Assembly (NCBI GenBank): GCA_965219455.1
Contig: OZ244744.1
Coordinates: 3,424,001-3,488,000, forward strand
DNA: 64,000 nt
Direction: 5' to 3'
DNA from: Candidatus Latescibacterota bacterium
GTDB lineage: Bacteria; Latescibacterota; UBA2968; GCA-2709665
The notes below the pieces were generated by a model that worked only from the letters and a program-made list of their open reading frames with translations, was not told the DNA's origin and ran no database searches. Numbering within the stretch: position 1 is the first letter of the stretch; the number at the start of each line of letters is the position of its first letter. This document shows positions 62,001 to 64,000 of the stretch, one piece after another. Made by a program: the position numbers and the translations under genes.

Positions 62001-62891
62001 GACGACTATGAAGTCGAGTTCGGATCCCGCCGCTTTGTGCTTCACGTGGATGCGTTCGATTTCGATCGCTGTAAAGGCAGACTGCTTGAATTCGTCCGCT
62101 CGGCCCAACCGGGGAGGACCAGGCCTCTCGTTCGAAGGGTCAATGGGGTCGATACCGGCCAGCCGCGGGAAGCGGCGCTTGCGCTCGCGACGATTCTGAT
62201 CGAGTTTACGTACGACCTCGTCGAACGTTCGCGGCGGGGGATGATCCGGGAAGCCCTGCTCCTCGCCCGTCAGGCGCGAGACGACGCGGAGATTCGCGTA
62301 AGGCTGCTCCACTACCTTCAGGAAGGCTTTGGCGCCGAGCACATCGAAGGACTGCTACAGAACGAGGACGTGGAGTTGGCCGCATGGTGGGATCTTGTTT
62401 CCAAAGTGCAGTCGGTGATGGACGCGGGCGAGCTTCGTGGTCTATGTATTCGCGCGCTCGAGTCCTACCCGGACCACCCGGGGCTTCTGTTCGCCCGCGC
62501 GCTTTCCGAGTCCATGTGCACGGATCATGATGAAACCGTGAGCTCCCGGGGAATCGGCGCCGCGATCCGGTCCGGCGTTGAGAAATATGGGATTTCGCGG
62601 ACGGATATCGAGGCGGCTGTCGACGAGATGTACGACCTCGCTTCAACTCGCGCGGCTGATCTCGGTCCGTCGCTCACCGTTGCGCTGCTCGATCTCGCCG
62701 ATGCGGCGCCGGGTTTTGAATACGTGGAAAAAAGAGGATTTCAGCGTGCGGTTGAACTCGATGATCCTCGCATCAGCGCAGTAATTGCAACGCGGCGGCT
62801 TGGCCGTCTCGTCGGTCAGTTGAAGCGAGCGGCTGACCGGGTGACGGGCCAGTTTGAGGCGCCTGGCGTTGCGAAAGCTTTGGGAGCGTGA
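59031..62891 (+). CDS. RecQ-like helicase fused to a topoisomerase C4 Zn ribbon and a DUF559-like nuclease domain
   Basis: CPSC..FWGC.KFP.C; RVDF...EIDG.EH....D..RD; QTGGGKS, DEAHCVSEWGHDFRP, LTGTA, ATKAFGMGIDKP, QEAGRAGRD. Confidence 0.88.
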   Translation: MNKPISQSESPRCPSCGASMALRTAKKGRNPGEQFWGCTKFPRCRGTRNVRDESEPAEPSRKSRLSPDALLPVEWIEGVRRADFIPEYVSVGAVPGILQDRLGDDARLTRALSQCVLLSRRSRERGEGVEHVRFATALLLKLLRRGHTPLATLDVEREGLRSRGLLNRVSEIDEDGTDVGWAPQPGALLRLTAEAVLAGVTEKVPFILDPAFDFDTGSDESLLQSQAEAWFLNQWVPTALGPASGHWFTPQAPLDRLVESAGEYGSGARRVDFLFSHPGGSPFAMEIDGPEHEGSVEVDKARDESLRSIGIDVLRITNAEVQNGRGAMLEKIRGRCQRVLTAFARATGEERAVASLAVECANAARVQFVVARALAYGWLTPGESWEIDIRGAGSPAASGVLDALRLLAGIDILYGGCSVPTGCTVRADNGFVRTWMREGGGRWVTTTVFDAPVDRLAIAVESTTSPFHRVSGEGLDFVIRPVYVPALIAAGQSFDLRRRATAVSTYEEARAPLRMFLRNIFRKRDFRPMQGQAIFNVLRQNDSVVLLQTGGGKSIIYQLAGLLMPGVTLVVDPITALIEDQVEGLRSYGIDRAASITSYLASREERERLLRRVERGEYLFVLHAPERLQSPQFRTSLRALVECTFVNLAVIDEAHCVSEWGHDFRPAYLNLANNLRRLGADREFRPPPLLALTGTASRAVLRDMLADLGIDRNRSDALIRPESFDRSEIRFEIVRTSPVQEPSAALRGVLNALPGKFGLPRAEFYRSSGAETASGIVFVPTVKARTYGVQDARRIVQQATGADVTIYSGNPPSSLDADKWHAQKRENAADFKANRVPVLVATKAFGMGIDKPNIRYTVHFGMPMSLESFYQEAGRAGRDRKLARATVVFSEYDPGRSGELIDPDLDLESLRGRFEEIEGNRQTADDLSRALWFHLQAFGGAAREIDDVTDLLNALGDLSARQRIERPYADGDNRIRQEKAIYRLIRLGVIDDYEVEFGSRRFVLHVDAFDFDRCKGRLLEFVRSAQPGRTRPLVRRVNGVDTGQPREAALALATILIEFTYDLVERSRRGMIREALLLARQARDDAEIRVRLLHYLQEGFGAEHIEGLLQNEDVELAAWWDLVSKVQSVMDAGELRGLCIRALESYPDHPGLLFARALSESMCTDHDETVSSRGIGAAIRSGVEKYGISRTDIEAAVDEMYDLASTRAADLGPSLTVALLDLADAAPGFEYVEKRGFQRAVELDDPRISAVIATRRLGRLVGQLKRAADRVTGQFEAPGVAKALGA

Positions 62892-62892
62892 G

Positions 62893-63312
62893 ATGGATAT
62901 ATTGGAAGAACTACAGGAACGGCTCAATGAAACCGAGCGTCGGGCCACGGACGTGGTGCAGCGTCTCGAAAAGTTCGATGCGCTCCAAAATTCTCTTGCC
63001 AACGCAGGCAGAGGGCTCGGTGAAGCCAATGTCATCGTTTCGGATCTCGCCTCTGTGGCGAGAGACGCGATTGATTCGCTGAATAGTGCCCTTTCAGCGT
63101 TCCAGAATGCCGTTGAACTCTTGCAACGCACCGAACCGTTGCAGGTCGACGAAAGGCTCACGGCGATTGAGGAAGCGCTCGCTCGAATCAATGAAAAGCT
63201 CGGCGTCGTAGACGAGCTTTCGTCGGATATCCGCAACACTCGAAAAGCCGTGGAACGACTTTCGCGGAGGTCAATTTTCCACAAGATCTTCGGAAGGAAC
63301 GCGGAGACCTGA
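62893..63312 (+). CDS. Small coiled-coil protein with a C-terminal amphipathic helix
   Basis: ATG 1 bp after the RecQ stop; heptad-rich; ends RRSIFHKIFGRNAET. Confidence 0.7.
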   Translation: MDILEELQERLNETERRATDVVQRLEKFDALQNSLANAGRGLGEANVIVSDLASVARDAIDSLNSALSAFQNAVELLQRTEPLQVDERLTAIEEALARINEKLGVVDELSSDIRNTRKAVERLSRRSIFHKIFGRNAET

Positions 63313-64000
63313 TCGAGAACCGAAAACGGAAACCCGCGACCGGATCTTTATGTAGCGTCTCCTGAGAGCCCCATCACCCCAGCACGGACGGCACCAAGGC
63401 ATCGTGATTAAGATTCTTCCGCACAGAACGTCTGTGAAGCTAACGCATCATTGTGGAAGACATCCCAGCTGAATCTGTCGGACCACGAGTCGATCTCAGC
63501 AAGCATCGGACGCTGTCTGCAGCCTTCCGGCCGCACATGCGGCCGTTGGGGACATCGCCCGAACGGTGCTTGTACTAAATCCCTTGACAGAGAATCAAAA
63601 TGAGGCATTAATGTTTGAATTCTATAGTAAGACCCCAGACGTTATTGCTTCAAGTTTCTTAGTGGCATTTGCGGTATAGACCGAAAAACCTAACCCGATT
63701 AATTCATGAATCGTCAAGGAGTGTATTTCAATGAAGCAGAAAGAGCTTGCGAGTAAGACGAGAAACGAAAGCGCACGGGCTGTGACGGATATGGCGTGTT
63801 CAAGCCGTGTGGGCGGCGCCTGCTGGCAGCACGTTTGCTCCGTGGCGTGAGTTTTCCCTGAATTCCGCTGTCAAGAGCACAGACGTCTCCATGGCTGTTG
63901 GTCGTGTCGGTCCAAACGTGAAGTCGGGGTCAGCACGTCAATGGGTTATGGAACATCCGTTGCCAGATTATAGAGGATCTTGCCGTAAAGGTGTTTGAGT

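Noticed and set aside
59031-62891. Housekeeping recQ gene symbol
   Set aside because: The domain architecture and context differ from canonical RecQ.
63408-63998. Short ORFs at the right edge
   Set aside because: No convincing RBS or motifs; probably intergenic or decayed sequence.
1-64000. CRISPR array, rRNA, intact IS, and the many long antisense ORFs (e.g. 2982-4208, 21707-22915, 50142-51485, 51934-53316)
   Set aside because: No spaced repeat array, rRNA or full transposase was seen. The antisense ORFs are shadows of high-GC genes on the other strand.

Overview
High-GC diderm bacterial DNA. The gene set (LptD-like, DUF4159/DUF4175/MoxR/DUF58, DUF5916, DUF2723) suggests an FCB-group organism such as Latescibacterota or Gemmatimonadota; that is inference only. 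The window has four parts. (1) 1-16 kb: accessory metabolic genes, namely a divergent citrate-synthase / HTH-citrate-synthase pair, a heterodimeric ABC exporter plus DUF5916 bracketed by an identical 32-bp repeat, a SelA-like PLP enzyme, and GtrA plus DUF2723. (2) 16.5-28 kb, the main find: a peptide export locus. A sigma54-type promoter precedes three small double-glycine-leader precursors. These are followed by a DUF3267 zincin-like membrane protein, three paralogous CPBP/Abi proteases (one intact, one with EE->KE, one frameshifted), a cNMP-C39-ABC transporter, HlyD, a parvulin-like PPIase, and a promoter-driven ~140-nt structured RNA candidate. No modifying enzymes are visible. (3) 28-56 kb: a partial glutamate-mutase module lacking the cobalt-ligating His and the E subunit, then lysA, tRNA-Leu(TAG) and a core block (lptD, dtd, maf, rodZ, priA, flippase, MoxR cluster). 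(4) 56.7-63.3 kb: a candidate four-gene defence operon (AAA_21 ATPase, DUF4276 TOPRIM-like protein, Zn-ribbon/DUF559/RecQ fusion, coiled-coil protein), also preceded by a consensus sigma54 motif. No CRISPR array, rRNA or intact transposase was seen. All family calls come from recognising motifs by eye, not from database searches.
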